In this document: positions 18,709-28,846 of the stretch, one piece after another | How positions within the stretch are numbered: position 1 is the first letter of the stretch | Layout: every line of letters begins with the position of its first letter | From: an uncultured Christensenella sp. | Lineage (GTDB): Bacteria; Bacillota; Clostridia; Christensenellales; Borkfalkiaceae | DNA length: 64,000 nucleotides | Direction of reading: 5' to 3' | Assembly (NCBI GenBank): GCA_964398065.1 | Contig: CAYNLN010000003.1 | Coordinates: forward strand, 56,718-120,717 | The notes under the pieces: generated by a model | What the model saw: only the letters and a program-made list of their open reading frames with translations | Databases searched by the model: none | What the model was told of the DNA's origin: nothing | Translations under genes and position numbers: made by a program

Positions 18709-18903
18709 GTAATATTGAGTTGTAACTTATAAAAAAGCGCTTATTGTAAATAAAGCGCAACTTAATTACCGCTTTTTTGATTACCGAAACATTATATAAT
18801 AATTTTTTTGAAAAATCAAGGATTTGATACACATTTTTTTAATTTGTGTAACTTTGGTTGCAAAATCGAAGTTCATATGGTAAAATGTAAAATCATATCA
18901 TAG

Positions 18904-21825
18904 GTGTATAGTATGATCTTTTCTAAAACAAACAAACATATTTTTAATAATCAAACAGCGGAAAAGAATGCGGAAAAGTCCGCCTATAAGCCCGTTTTCG
19001 ACGGTTTTTCTAAAAACAGGCATTTAGACAGCCTTACTAAAAAACTACGTTTTCGTTTGTGGGACTGCTATCATTATATCTTCGTCGCAACGTTTATTAT
19101 CGCACTGTTTTCATTTGCGCTTTCGATATATAAAATCTACCCTTTCGGCGATAAAATTATAGCAAGTTACGATATGCTTGCGCAAATAGTACCGTTTATA
19201 GAACACCTTTTTGATGTTTTCAGCGGAAAGTCATCGCTCTTTTATTCAACCGCTGTGGGCGGAGGTACGGATGTTTTCGGAACGCTTTGCTATTGTCTTA
19301 TAAGTCCGTTCACTTGGATTTTTCTGCTTTTCGGAAGCGGCAACGTATACTACGGCGTCTCGATAGTTTTACCGCTTAAACTTATTGTAATAGGCTTTTC
19401 GGCGCTCTATTTTTTAGGCAAAGTTTTTCCTTCCCTCAGTAAAACCGTGCGCATTGTTTTTGCTCTTTTATACTCCTATTGCGGATACGTATTTGTGGCA
19501 AACACATACATCAATTGGCTCGATTTATTGATTTATCTGCCGTTTACGGTAATCGGGTTTAAAAAAATCGTTAGCGAAGGTAAAATATTATACTTTTCAA
19601 TTGCCTATGCATTAATGATATACACCTGCTTTTCGCTCGCTTCGTTTGCCATGATTATCGTATTTATGATAATCGTTCTCTATTATATCTTTGTTTGCAG
19701 ACCAAACAAAGACGTTTTCGTAAAAAGTTGCCTTGCCCTACTACTTTCGGTAACAATGGCTTTACCGGTACTCGTCCCCTCGTTTTTATGCTATCTTAGT
19801 TCGGAAAGGAGCACTTCTATTTTCGATAATTTAGGCTCTGCAATAGACGCAACGCATCTTTATCGCAAGTTGACCTATATAATATCGGATGTGTTTTTCT
19901 TGTTTTTAACGCTCGTCTATTTCGTAAAAAACGGCGTTAATCGACCTATAGACAGGTTTTTACTTGCAACAGGCGTATTACTTTTAATGCCCGTGCTTGT
20001 CGACGAATGTTGCAACCTTTTGAATTTCGGTTCTTACTTAGGTTATGCGCAAAGGTTTGGTTTTTTGCATTCGTTTTATCTTTTCTTCGTCTCTTCGAAA
20101 CTTACCGCCGAATGGACCCTTAGTAAGCCTAAACCTTACAAAGCAAGCGTAAAGCAAAATATCGTCTTCGGTTTAATTATCGGCGTCACTGTTTTACTTA
20201 GTGTGCTTTATGCCGTTTTTGCCGACGAAATCATAGGGGTTATCGACAAAATATATAAAGCAAAGGACTCTGAAAGTTCATACGGATTTTATTCGCTTTT
20301 CGCACACGCATTAGGCGGCTTAGAATACATCGGTCCCTATGCCCTACTTGTTGCAATATCATTAGCGATTTGCCTTACGTGCTATTTAAAAAGAAAATGC
20401 GACCTAAAAATTATCGCTACGTTTCTATGCGTTACGATTGCCATAAGCCTCGGTCTATATAATGTTTCGTTGGTGAAAGGTAACAAAAACAGCACAACGT
20501 ATTACGAACAATTTGACCAAGCCATAAGTCTTATCTCAAACGACGACGAAAATAACAACGGCTATTTTAGGATAAAGGACACTACGGATTCGTTAACCGC
20601 CGACGCTGCGCTAACCACGCACACGAATTCCTTTGCGATTTTTTCATCGGCAGTCGATTCCAAAAACTTTACCGCGACGGAATTTTTCAAATACTTAGGA
20701 AACGGCATCAACAACGCAAAAAGCACTAACGGAATGTTTTTGGGCGATATGCTTTTAGGCTACAAGTATTATTTTCACCGCGAAGACCGAGGCGAAAATA
20801 CCGAGTATTTATCGGCAGTCGACAGACCTTATATCGAAAAACTCGATTACACCGAATTAAACAATTTCACGATTTACGAAAACAAAGCGGTTTTCCCGAC
20901 GGCTTTCACCGTTAAAAGCGGGGATTTGAAGTTTAACGGGCTTAATTACGCGCAAAAACTCGATAAACTTTATAATTTTTTAGGCGGCGAAGGCGTTTTG
21001 TGCGACGAATACCCGCTTTTAATCAGCGACGAATACGACAGTGCTGTTTTAGACCTCGGCAACGGAATTTTTCAAATTTCGGTCGTTATCGAAACAAAAC
21101 ATTCATATTGGTTTTTAACTACGGATTTTCCCGAAGAATTCGACGTATATTACTGTAAAGCCCACGATTACAACGACGAAAGCGCAAAAAAACTTGAAAA
21201 AGGTCAAGATATCTACCTTAATTATTACAAAAGTCGTTACGCCTCCTACGTCATAACGATTAAAGATTTAAACGGAAAACTCACAAAAGAAGACGTTGCC
21301 GCTTACTGTAAATATTACGGCGTACAGACAAAGACGGTTTATAATCCCGACGGCGATAACGAAACGCTTTACGACACCGTATGGAAAAATAAAGTAGACT
21401 TTAGCATATCCGGCGGAAACACGTTTACCGTGTCTTGTAATGCAGCCGACGATAACACCTATCTTTTCTTAAGTTACGTAAAGTTAGGCGGACATAAAGT
21501 AACGATAAACGGAAAATCTTCCGAATTTATCGACAACGACCTTGACTTTATGCTTATAAAGCTAAACAAAGGTGTTAACTTAGTTACGATACAATACCGC
21601 TCTCCGTATATAAAATATGCCGTTTTCGGGCTTATAGGTGCACTTTTATTGGGGCTTCTGATATTTTTCATCGTTAAAAAGATAGCCTTGTTTAGCCTCA
21701 CGAAAGGTGTAATTTACATTGCGGGGATAGTCCTGTTTGTTATTGTTTTCGGATTTTTCATACTGCTTCCTTTGGGGGCGTTTTTATCCAAGCTTATCTA
21801 TGCCGCATTATCCGCGATATTCTAA
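18904..21825 (+). CDS. YfhO-family polytopic membrane protein (putative glycosyltransferase)
   Basis: 973 aa with many TM helices. The N-terminal region (LAQIVPFIEHL...GGGTDVFGTLCYCLISPFTW) resembles YfhO. The start could instead be the ATG at 18913. Confidence 0.6.
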   Translation: MYSMIFSKTNKHIFNNQTAEKNAEKSAYKPVFDGFSKNRHLDSLTKKLRFRLWDCYHYIFVATFIIALFSFALSIYKIYPFGDKIIASYDMLAQIVPFIEHLFDVFSGKSSLFYSTAVGGGTDVFGTLCYCLISPFTWIFLLFGSGNVYYGVSIVLPLKLIVIGFSALYFLGKVFPSLSKTVRIVFALLYSYCGYVFVANTYINWLDLLIYLPFTVIGFKKIVSEGKILYFSIAYALMIYTCFSLASFAMIIVFMIIVLYYIFVCRPNKDVFVKSCLALLLSVTMALPVLVPSFLCYLSSERSTSIFDNLGSAIDATHLYRKLTYIISDVFFLFLTLVYFVKNGVNRPIDRFLLATGVLLLMPVLVDECCNLLNFGSYLGYAQRFGFLHSFYLFFVSSKLTAEWTLSKPKPYKASVKQNIVFGLIIGVTVLLSVLYAVFADEIIGVIDKIYKAKDSESSYGFYSLFAHALGGLEYIGPYALLVAISLAICLTCYLKRKCDLKIIATFLCVTIAISLGLYNVSLVKGNKNSTTYYEQFDQAISLISNDDENNNGYFRIKDTTDSLTADAALTTHTNSFAIFSSAVDSKNFTATEFFKYLGNGINNAKSTNGMFLGDMLLGYKYYFHREDRGENTEYLSAVDRPYIEKLDYTELNNFTIYENKAVFPTAFTVKSGDLKFNGLNYAQKLDKLYNFLGGEGVLCDEYPLLISDEYDSAVLDLGNGIFQISVVIETKHSYWFLTTDFPEEFDVYYCKAHDYNDESAKKLEKGQDIYLNYYKSRYASYVITIKDLNGKLTKEDVAAYCKYYGVQTKTVYNPDGDNETLYDTVWKNKVDFSISGGNTFTVSCNAADDNTYLFLSYVKLGGHKVTINGKSSEFIDNDLDFMLIKLNKGVNLVTIQYRSPYIKYAVFGLIGALLLGLLIFFIVKKIALFSLTKGVIYIAGIVLFVIVFGFFILLPLGAFLSKLIYAALSAIF
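18973..18999 (-). repeat. dispersed motif copy (coding; encodes EKSAYKPVF in yfhO-like)
   Basis: gaaaagtccgcctataagcccgttttc. Confidence 0.8.
19936..19961 (+). repeat. dispersed motif copy (coding; encodes VNRPIDRFL in yfhO-like)
   Basis: gttaatcgacctatagacaggttttt. Confidence 0.75.
21622..21647 (+). repeat. dispersed motif copy (coding; encodes VFGLIGALL in yfhO-like)
   Basis: gttttcgggcttataggtgcactttt. Confidence 0.75.
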
Positions 21826-21856
21826 ATTTTAGTTATAAAAAATCCCTCTTTTTAGT

Positions 21857-21885
21857 CGATAACCGACCTATAGAGGGACTTTTTT
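21857..21885 (+). repeat. dispersed motif copy (intergenic; forms a terminator arm between yfhO-like and cotH)
   Basis: cgataaccgacctatagagggactttttt. Confidence 0.85.
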
Positions 21886-21886
21886 A

Positions 21887-23650
21887 TTATAAACAGCTTT
21901 CCGCAACGGTTCTTTTTCTTTCGAAATACGCTTTTGTCTGCATATTTTCGGAAGTCGAGCCTAATGCGGCGCCGTCTTCGGAAAAATAGAACAAATACGT
22001 TCTCAAATTATTTTTTACGTTGTTTATAACGGTTTGCGAGGGCATTGCCGCGTCGGAATAATTTTTAGCGTAACTATTGTACATTGTCGAAAAATTATCG
22101 TATAAAAACCATTCCCCTTTCAAAATCAATTTAAGTTTTGCGCTATAATCGAGCCTTAACGTGTTTTTGCGAAGACCGAGTATGGTTTTTACATATAGCG
22201 GCGCGTCAATATAAAAGTTCGGACCTTGCCTTTCGAAGGGTTGTTCCTCGACAAGCGCTTTACCGTCGGGATTCCATTCCATCGTAACGCCCAAACACCT
22301 ATCATAGTCATAAGGGATAAAATAACCTACACCGTCCGGTGTAAAATACAAATAATAGTTGTTTGCGTTATGTCTTATGCAGTCGGGGTTGCCGAGCAAA
22401 TAATTTACAGCCTCATACGTCGTGTAATAATCGGTATCCAAAACCGTATTCAGCGTTTCGACAAAGTCTTTGTCGGAAACGTCTAACGAGTTTAGCGTAT
22501 TTATAAGCGCCTTTAGGTGAGCGTTATGATGATAATCGGGCGCGTCCCTGTCGTCGTTTGTTTTTAAACTGTAAGTAAAACGCTGAGTCGGGGTTTCCAC
22601 ACCGTAATTGGCGACGTCTTTTAAGTTTGCCGGTCCGTTAACGTAGCCGCACTTATATAAGTCGCCTCCTTGGAGCGATTTTTCCATATTGCGCTTGATG
22701 AATTTTTTGTCAACAGTTTCGTAAAGCCCTCCGACGCCTATGTTTTCCATAACTCCGTTTTGCTTGATTTTGATTTGGCAAAGCGTAATATGCGGCGCCA
22801 AAATTCCGTACGCTTGAAACATTTTGTTGGCGTAAACTTCTCTTATATAAGTATTGTCGAAGTTTTTATTCCACTTATAATAGAACTTTTCCATCGTGGC
22901 AAAAGTTCTGTTTTTTCTTTGTTTGCGAATTGTTTTATCCGTCCATTCGTGATAAATATCGCTACCCCACGCACCGTTTTCGTACTCGTCGCCGTCAAAA
23001 GTTTCTGTAAGATTAAACCGCAAATGAACGAAATCATACATTGTGCCGTCACTTTTACAAAAGTTCCGACGAGAGGTGTTGCCGCGCATCCTTACGCCGA
23101 CTTCTTCGTAATAATAATCGACGCCGTTTACTGTTACGGTAAGATTGCAACGTCTATACGTATCGGCTTTCGTTTTGTCGCCCGTATTTACGTAATCCTC
23201 GTAAGCCTCTTGAATTTTATATAGTTCCTTTGGCTCGATATCGACGGAAACCGTAATTTTTACGTCGGTCTCCCACAAGGAATAATAAAGGTCTTTTTCT
23301 TCCTTGGAAAAGTCTTCGTAAAAATCATCGTTCGTAACGGAAAAGTCGTCTCCGAGTTTTACGCTTTGCACATGTGCCGACGTCGGCGCTAAATAATTTT
23401 GGTTGTCGTAATTGCCGCCGAGAGAAGAACTATCTTCTGTCTTAGACGAATCGGCGCTTCCTCCGCCGTTCGAGTTATCCTGCTCGGCGCCCGTCGAACA
23501 CCCGACGGAAAACAAAATGCAGAGCGCGACTAACGTAGATACAAAACACTTTAATGCTTTTTTCATCATCCCTTTAAAATCCTTTTTAATCGCTATTAGT
23601 ACGTTAAACGTAATATAAAAAGTTTTTGCTTTGCAAAGATTTTGCTGCAA
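21887..23650 (-). CDS. cotH: CotH-family (spore-coat kinase-like) lipoprotein
   Basis: CotH-like motifs (GGLYETVDKKFIKRN; NNYYLYF...IPYDYDRCLG). A signal peptide plus lipobox (FSVGC) starts at the internal MMKKALKCF, so the true start is probably near 23569. Confidence 0.7.
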   Translation of the reverse strand: MQQNLCKAKTFYITFNVLIAIKKDFKGMMKKALKCFVSTLVALCILFSVGCSTGAEQDNSNGGGSADSSKTEDSSSLGGNYDNQNYLAPTSAHVQSVKLGDDFSVTNDDFYEDFSKEEKDLYYSLWETDVKITVSVDIEPKELYKIQEAYEDYVNTGDKTKADTYRRCNLTVTVNGVDYYYEEVGVRMRGNTSRRNFCKSDGTMYDFVHLRFNLTETFDGDEYENGAWGSDIYHEWTDKTIRKQRKNRTFATMEKFYYKWNKNFDNTYIREVYANKMFQAYGILAPHITLCQIKIKQNGVMENIGVGGLYETVDKKFIKRNMEKSLQGGDLYKCGYVNGPANLKDVANYGVETPTQRFTYSLKTNDDRDAPDYHHNAHLKALINTLNSLDVSDKDFVETLNTVLDTDYYTTYEAVNYLLGNPDCIRHNANNYYLYFTPDGVGYFIPYDYDRCLGVTMEWNPDGKALVEEQPFERQGPNFYIDAPLYVKTILGLRKNTLRLDYSAKLKLILKGEWFLYDNFSTMYNSYAKNYSDAAMPSQTVINNVKNNLRTYLFYFSEDGAALGSTSENMQTKAYFERKRTVAESCL

Positions 23651-23764
23651 GGCAAAAGATTACCTTTTAAAGTATACTATATAAACGCAAAAAAGTCAAT
23701 ACCAATTACCAAAATTAAAGGGTTTTTACTTGAGAATAATTGCACTCGGCTATGCCCAAGAGAT

Positions 23765-24031
23765 TTACTCTTCCTCGTTTCGCCTATGGCGCATATCGGA
23801 ATTTCTTTCCTTTAAGCACACAAGCACCGTATCGTCGCCGATTTTATTGATGTCGCACGGAAGAATAACGTATTCCTCTCTGCAAAACACAGACTTTTTG
23901 TCTCCGCAAATAAACGAAGTGATTTTGCACTCGGGATAATCGAAATTAACGTCGTATATATAACCGAGCATTTTGCCGTCCATAACGTTTACGACCTTTT
24001 TCTTTTTGAGTTCGGAAAATTTAACCTGCAT
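23765..24031 (-). CDS. YlmC/YmxH-family sporulation protein (PRC-barrel)
   Basis: 88 aa with a FSELKKKKVVNVMDGKMLGYIYDVNFD pattern. It lies directly downstream of sigG. Confidence 0.7.
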   Translation of the reverse strand: MQVKFSELKKKKVVNVMDGKMLGYIYDVNFDYPECKITSFICGDKKSVFCREEYVILPCDINKIGDDTVLVCLKERNSDMRHRRNEEE

Positions 24032-24120
24032 AAAATTTTTACCCGTGTTATCATATGCCGAAACCGTAAACTTTATGTTTTTGATTTGCCGTGTATACGA
24101 AAAACCACACGGCTCGATAC

Positions 24121-24149
24121 ATAAAAGTGCCGCTATAGGTCGATTATTG
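24121..24149 (-). repeat. dispersed motif copy (intergenic, sigG / ylmC-like)
   Basis: ataaaagtgccgctataggtcgattattg. Confidence 0.85.
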
Positions 24150-24157
24150 ACGATTTT

Positions 24158-24931
24158 TTAAGATATTTTATTCTTAATTGCCGACAGTGCGTTTTTCTCG
24201 AGCCTCGAAACCTGCGCTTGCGACAAACCTATTTCGCCGGAGATTTCAGTCTGTGTTTTGCCCTCGTAATATCTTAAGTAAATGATTTTTCTTTCTCTTT
24301 CGCCCAAGCCAAAAACAGCGTTTTTAAGCGCGGCGTTTTCGGTCCAGCGCTCCTCTGTATTTATTTCGTCCGAAAGTTGATCCATAATAAGAAGGGTATC
24401 GCCTTCTTTGTTGTATACGGGATCATAAAGCGAAACAGTGTCCGATATCGCGTCGAGGGCGTAAGCGACTTCGGATTCTTTAATGGCAAGCCGTCTTGCG
24501 ATTTCCGAAGAAGTCGCTTCCTCGTACTCTTTTTCGATTTGGTTGCGGGTTTTTAAAACTTTATATGCCGTATCGCGAATACTCCTCGCGACCCGCATAC
24601 TGTTTCTCGAGCGCAAAAACCTTTTTACCTCGCCTATTATCATGGGAACGGCATAAGTGGAAAATTTAACGCCGACAGATAAATCGAAATTACCCGCCGC
24701 CTTTATAAGTCCCACACAACCGGCTTGAAACAAATCGTCTTTAGAAACCGTAGATACGTTTATTTTTTTGATAACTGAAAGCACTAAACGCATATTGGCA
24801 AGGATTAATTTATCTTTTGCCGACTTGTCGCCCGATTGCATTTTTTTGATAAGTTCGTTACACTGCATACAGTTGATTTTGGGAAGTTCTGAAGTATTTA
24901 TCCCGCAAATTTTAACGCTTTGATTTGACAA
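24158..24931 (-). CDS. sigG: Sporulation sigma factor SigG (forespore, group 3 sigma-70)
   Basis: 257 aa with close pattern similarity to B. subtilis SigG (ICGINTSELP..., LRLVLSVI, KFSTYAVPMIIGE..R..R, GLSQAQVSRLEK). TTG start with GGAGAA upstream. Confidence 0.85.
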   Translation of the reverse strand: MSNQSVKICGINTSELPKINCMQCNELIKKMQSGDKSAKDKLILANMRLVLSVIKKINVSTVSKDDLFQAGCVGLIKAAGNFDLSVGVKFSTYAVPMIIGEVKRFLRSRNSMRVARSIRDTAYKVLKTRNQIEKEYEEATSSEIARRLAIKESEVAYALDAISDTVSLYDPVYNKEGDTLLIMDQLSDEINTEERWTENAALKNAVFGLGERERKIIYLRYYEGKTQTEISGEIGLSQAQVSRLEKNALSAIKNKIS

Positions 24932-24943
24932 TAAATTCTCCTT

Positions 24944-25037
24944 TTGACATAAAAGTCGGGCTATAAGCCCGTTATCTTTGGTTTTTATTAGGTTATTATC
25001 GTCAAATCGAAAATTTTTATACCCTATTTATTTTTTG
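24944..25037. repeat. 94-nt direct repeat, left copy (sigG upstream region)
   Basis: Identical except for 1 nt to 28949-29042. It contains a dispersed-motif copy and a GTATA-N17-GATAATA element (minus sense) resembling a forespore-type promoter. Confidence 0.9.
24951..24976 (-). repeat. dispersed motif copy (sigG leader, inside the 94-nt direct repeat)
   Basis: aaaagtcgggctataagcccgttatc. Confidence 0.85.
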
Positions 25038-25083
25038 CCTAATAAAAAAAATTTAATGTTGTCAAAAAAATATTTGCAAACTA

Positions 25084-25112
25084 TTGACAAATTTTGTTTC
25101 CTATGCTATTAT
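25084..25112 (+). promoter_or_regulatory. consensus sigma-A promoter for the insert genes
   Basis: TTGACA (25084-25089), 17-nt spacer, TATTAT (25107-25112). Confidence 0.6.
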
Positions 25113-25277
25113 AGAATTATAGGAACAGTTGTCCTTAAACCGCTTACAAAAATGTGGTGCGAGAAATAAAAGGAGATGATGTGAAGTTGATTACTATTGA
25201 ACAGCAATATGTATTTGTAAAAAATTTCAGCATTTAATAGATTAACTTAAAAATACGATTATTGGAGGAATTTTATT

Positions 25278-26477
25278 TTGAAAAGATTAATTGCACGGTT
25301 CTTTATTATACCAATTATTGTCTCGGCACTGATTATCCCCACGCTTCTACTTTCGAACCCCGTCACTAAAGCGTACGCAGATGACGAAACCGAACCTAAA
25401 ACACTATATTATTTTAGCGATGACGCACATTGTGTATCTTATAGAACAAATTTATTGACTGAAGGTATAGTTGATATTTGTTATCTTTATAATTGGACAC
25501 AACTTGAGGCGGGCGCCGGTGTAAGCCAATATTACGAATTTATGTACGGAATAAACAATGCTTACGTTATCGTCGAAATTAATAAATTTATATCGGGAAA
25601 TACGTTTAGCGACACAAACACCGTCTTTTTTAATCTACTTAGTAGTTTGTTTTACGAGATGAAATCAAACGGATGTAAAATTATGTTCGTTTGCGGAACG
25701 GAAGAAGCCTTGTTTGAAAATTGTACCGATTTTTTAGATTATGTCGACATTCATGTTAATACAGATATATTCAGTATGTTCCTAATAAATATTTTCTTAA
25801 GAGCGGAATATGATTGCGGTACGGCACAATTAGAAAACTGTACTTTCTTGTTAGACGATAGTTTTTATTCAAGCAGTAGCGATTTCAACAATTCATTTAT
25901 TGCCAATTGGTTAATCCCTTACCTAAAACGAGTATATAATTCGGAATATCAAGCCCCAGACTTTCCCTGTGAATCTCTGTGCAGTAATAAAAATATAAAA
26001 ATATTCTGGTGATCTTCAAACAATATCTTTTACGATATTTTTACTCTACAGGCAAACGGATCCTATTCTACTGCTCTTGATTACGAAAACGACGCAGAAA
26101 GTTTTTCCGAATACATAAATAATGATCACATATATGCAATTGGCAATGCATTAATGGGATACAACGAAACTACTAGTTGGATTAATAGCATCGATGAAAT
26201 AAGTGTGATCATGGATAGGTCTATTCCCATGTACATATACAATCCACAAGACTATATATTCAGTTGTAACCACGCAACAAAATACGAAGCCCATGCGAAT
26301 ACAGATTATTATGATATCATAGTAGACTTTCTAAGCGATGCAGATCTTAATTCCTGGCATAACAGTGACGGCGCCTGCGAGATAAGCCATAAAGCAGTCA
26401 GGACCGGAATAGGAGGATGGATGTTTTCGTGTAACGGACTCCTTTCTGATTACCCCAAAGATGATCCGATTCCATAA
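25278..26477 (+). pseudogene. Secreted hypothetical protein; a 399-codon frame interrupted by one in-frame TGA (26010-26012)
   Basis: ORFs 25278-26012 and 26154-26477 are in the same frame, and there is no other stop between them. The N-terminus has a signal peptide. Confidence 0.55.
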
Positions 26478-26530
26478 AACCGACAAGTCATTACTGCTCA
26501 ATCTAATTATAACTACGGAGGTATATCGAT

Positions 26531-28753
26531 ATGAAACACAATGTGCTTAAATTATTGTTTGTATTGATGTGTGCGCTATCTTTATGTCTTTTTGTATTTA
26601 CTTCTTGCAATAGCAAAGACGACGGGGTGTTATCGACGCCAAACAATTTAAATGTCTCCGACTACGTGCTTACTTGGGCTTCGGTTGACGGTGCCGAAAG
26701 TTACGTTGTCGATATTAACGGCTTGGAGTTTCAAACAACCGAAAACCGACTTGACATATTGATGCTTACTAAGGAATTAAAAAATCGCGCATTGCTAAAA
26801 GAAGAAAACGTAGCAAAAGTTATGGCACTCGGTGATTTGAAAATTTCTTTCGATTCCGAGTGGTCAAACGAAATAAAATACAATGCCGAAATCGTTTCCG
26901 GTGTCAACTACAGTTTTATAAACAACGATACGGAATGCGAAATCCTATCTGTCGATAAAGACGACTATCGCGGTGTAATGATTGTACCTGAAGAAATCAA
27001 AGGAAAAACCGTTACCAAGGTCGCTGAACACGGGTTTGACAATTGCAACTATTTAACCGACGTCGTTTTTTTAGGTGAAGACGTTCAACTCGGCCAAGGG
27101 GCGTTTCGAAAGTGCACCGGTCTCAAACGCATAATACTCCCCTCTCTTATTTCGACAATAACAGGTTCGGCATTTTACGGATGCACATCGTTAGTATCGA
27201 TCGACATTCCTGACTCGGTTACCCTAATCGGCCAAAATGCATTTAAAGATTGTATCGGATTAACAGAAATCGAGTTACCTGCAACTTTAAGCGACATAAA
27301 AAATACAGCTTTTTCGGGGTGTGGTAATTTAAAAACTATTACCGTTGACGCAAATAACCCCACGTTTAGAAGCGAGGGTAATTGCATAATACGTAAATCC
27401 GACAACTCACTTATTTTAGGCTGCTCCGGCAGCGTAATACCGAATGGCGTCGAATCTATCGCAAGTTACGCTTTTTACGGGTGCGACGAACTAACGAAAA
27501 TCGACATACCGGACGGGGTTACGTCAATTGAGAATTATGCTTTTTACAAATGCACAAATTTAAATGCTATTAATTATCCCTCGACGATTCAAGAGATTAC
27601 AGCCGAACAAATTAAGTATTCGCCACACGTCGAAACTATTACCGTTGACGCAAATAACCCCACGTTTAGAAGCGAGGGTAATTGCATAATACGTAAATCC
27701 GACAACTCACTTATTTTAGGCTGCTCCGGCAGCGTAATACCGAATGGCGTCGAATCTATCGCAAGTTACGCTTTTTACGGGTGCGACGAACTAACGAAAA
27801 TCGACATACCGGACGGGGTTACGTCAATTGAGAATTATGCTTTTTACAAATGCACAAATTTAAATGCTATTAATTATCCCTCGACGATTCAAGAGATTAC
27901 AGCCGAACAAATTAAGTATTCGCCACACGTCGAAACTATTACCGTTGACGCAAATAACCCCACGTTTAGAAGCGAGGGTAATTGCATAATACGTAAATCC
28001 GACAACTCACTTATTTTAGGCTGCTCCGGCAGCGTAATACCGAATGGCGTAAAAACAATAGGTAGTTGCGCCTTTGCTTATTCGAATATCGAAAAAGTAA
28101 ACATTCCATCTTCCGTAGAAGTTATTGAAAACAACGCATTCGAATCATGTCGTTATTTGTCCGACATCACAATACAAAACGGAGTACGGACAATAGACGA
28201 AAACGCCTTTTCGAAATGTATTAACCTTAAACATATTTGTATTCCCGAAAGCGTAACCGAAATCGGCGCGTCGGCTTTCTTCGATTGCCCTGTTTCGGCA
28301 ATTTTACTCGGAAACACCGTTGTAAGCGAAAACGCTTTCGGAGACTTCTCGTTTAACAATTCCGGCAGTCATACCGTATATGCAGCACACAACTATGACT
28401 CGAAGATGGTGTCTTCCCGCAATTTTGTTTGTTCGTGTGAATTTGCATATGACGAGGATATGCCTTACGTAAACTACTTTGTCTTAGTAAAATATAATCA
28501 GCAATCCGCCCAAAACAATACTGCTACGACAAGCGGCTATATCGTGCCGCCATATCGTCAAGGGTATGTCTTCGTCGGTTGGGCTTTAGACAAAGAGGCT
28601 ACTAATATGGTATCCGAAGTATATACCGAAGTGTATACCATAGAAAATGAAACTTATACATATACTTATACATGTACTTATACACTTACCCTCGCGGATA
28701 TCTTGCATATCGAAAACGGATCGCTTTTGTATGCTGTATGGGAAAAGGAATAA
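26531..28753 (+). CDS. BspA-type leucine-rich-repeat surface lipoprotein with a C-terminal Listeria-Bacteroides-type repeat
   Basis: Signal peptide plus lipobox (FTSC). Repeated units of the form IP..V..I...AF..C..L. C-terminal YRQGYVFVGWALDKEA motif. Confidence 0.75.
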   Translation: MKHNVLKLLFVLMCALSLCLFVFTSCNSKDDGVLSTPNNLNVSDYVLTWASVDGAESYVVDINGLEFQTTENRLDILMLTKELKNRALLKEENVAKVMALGDLKISFDSEWSNEIKYNAEIVSGVNYSFINNDTECEILSVDKDDYRGVMIVPEEIKGKTVTKVAEHGFDNCNYLTDVVFLGEDVQLGQGAFRKCTGLKRIILPSLISTITGSAFYGCTSLVSIDIPDSVTLIGQNAFKDCIGLTEIELPATLSDIKNTAFSGCGNLKTITVDANNPTFRSEGNCIIRKSDNSLILGCSGSVIPNGVESIASYAFYGCDELTKIDIPDGVTSIENYAFYKCTNLNAINYPSTIQEITAEQIKYSPHVETITVDANNPTFRSEGNCIIRKSDNSLILGCSGSVIPNGVESIASYAFYGCDELTKIDIPDGVTSIENYAFYKCTNLNAINYPSTIQEITAEQIKYSPHVETITVDANNPTFRSEGNCIIRKSDNSLILGCSGSVIPNGVKTIGSCAFAYSNIEKVNIPSSVEVIENNAFESCRYLSDITIQNGVRTIDENAFSKCINLKHICIPESVTEIGASAFFDCPVSAILLGNTVVSENAFGDFSFNNSGSHTVYAAHNYDSKMVSSRNFVCSCEFAYDEDMPYVNYFVLVKYNQQSAQNNTATTSGYIVPPYRQGYVFVGWALDKEATNMVSEVYTEVYTIENETYTYTYTCTYTLTLADILHIENGSLLYAVWEKE
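27334..28050 (+). repeat. 2.4 copies of a 300-bp tandem repeat, 100% identical
   Basis: 27334-27633 equals 27634-27933 exactly. A third partial copy runs to about 28050. The repeat is in frame (100 aa per unit). Confidence 0.95.
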
Positions 28754-28846
28754 CAATCCGTCATTTAATAATATTTGCGTTCCATTTTAAGCGATCGTTA
28801 AAAGAATAATCCGCACAAACTATTTAAAACCGTGCAATTTTGCACA

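Noticed and set aside
17720-18900. A tRNA-targeting integrative island or prophage at tRNA-Ser.
   Set aside because: No integrase, excisionase or phage gene lies on either side. The segments between the repeated tRNA 3' ends are only about 200-270 bp of non-coding DNA.
26010-26012. TGA reassigned as a sense codon (genetic code 4/25-like).
   Set aside because: TGA terminates glpK, the alpha/beta hydrolase, the 134-aa gene and murG at positions consistent with normal protein ends. Most genes end in TAA or TAG with no sign of systematic TGA read-through.
27334-28050. Possible CRISPR array or other non-coding repeat (also considered for 4381-4560 and 11335-11530).
   Set aside because: The repeats are contiguous with no unique spacers. 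Unit lengths are multiples of 3, and the repeats lie in frame inside long ORFs encoding LRR, Q/P/Y or coiled-coil protein repeats.
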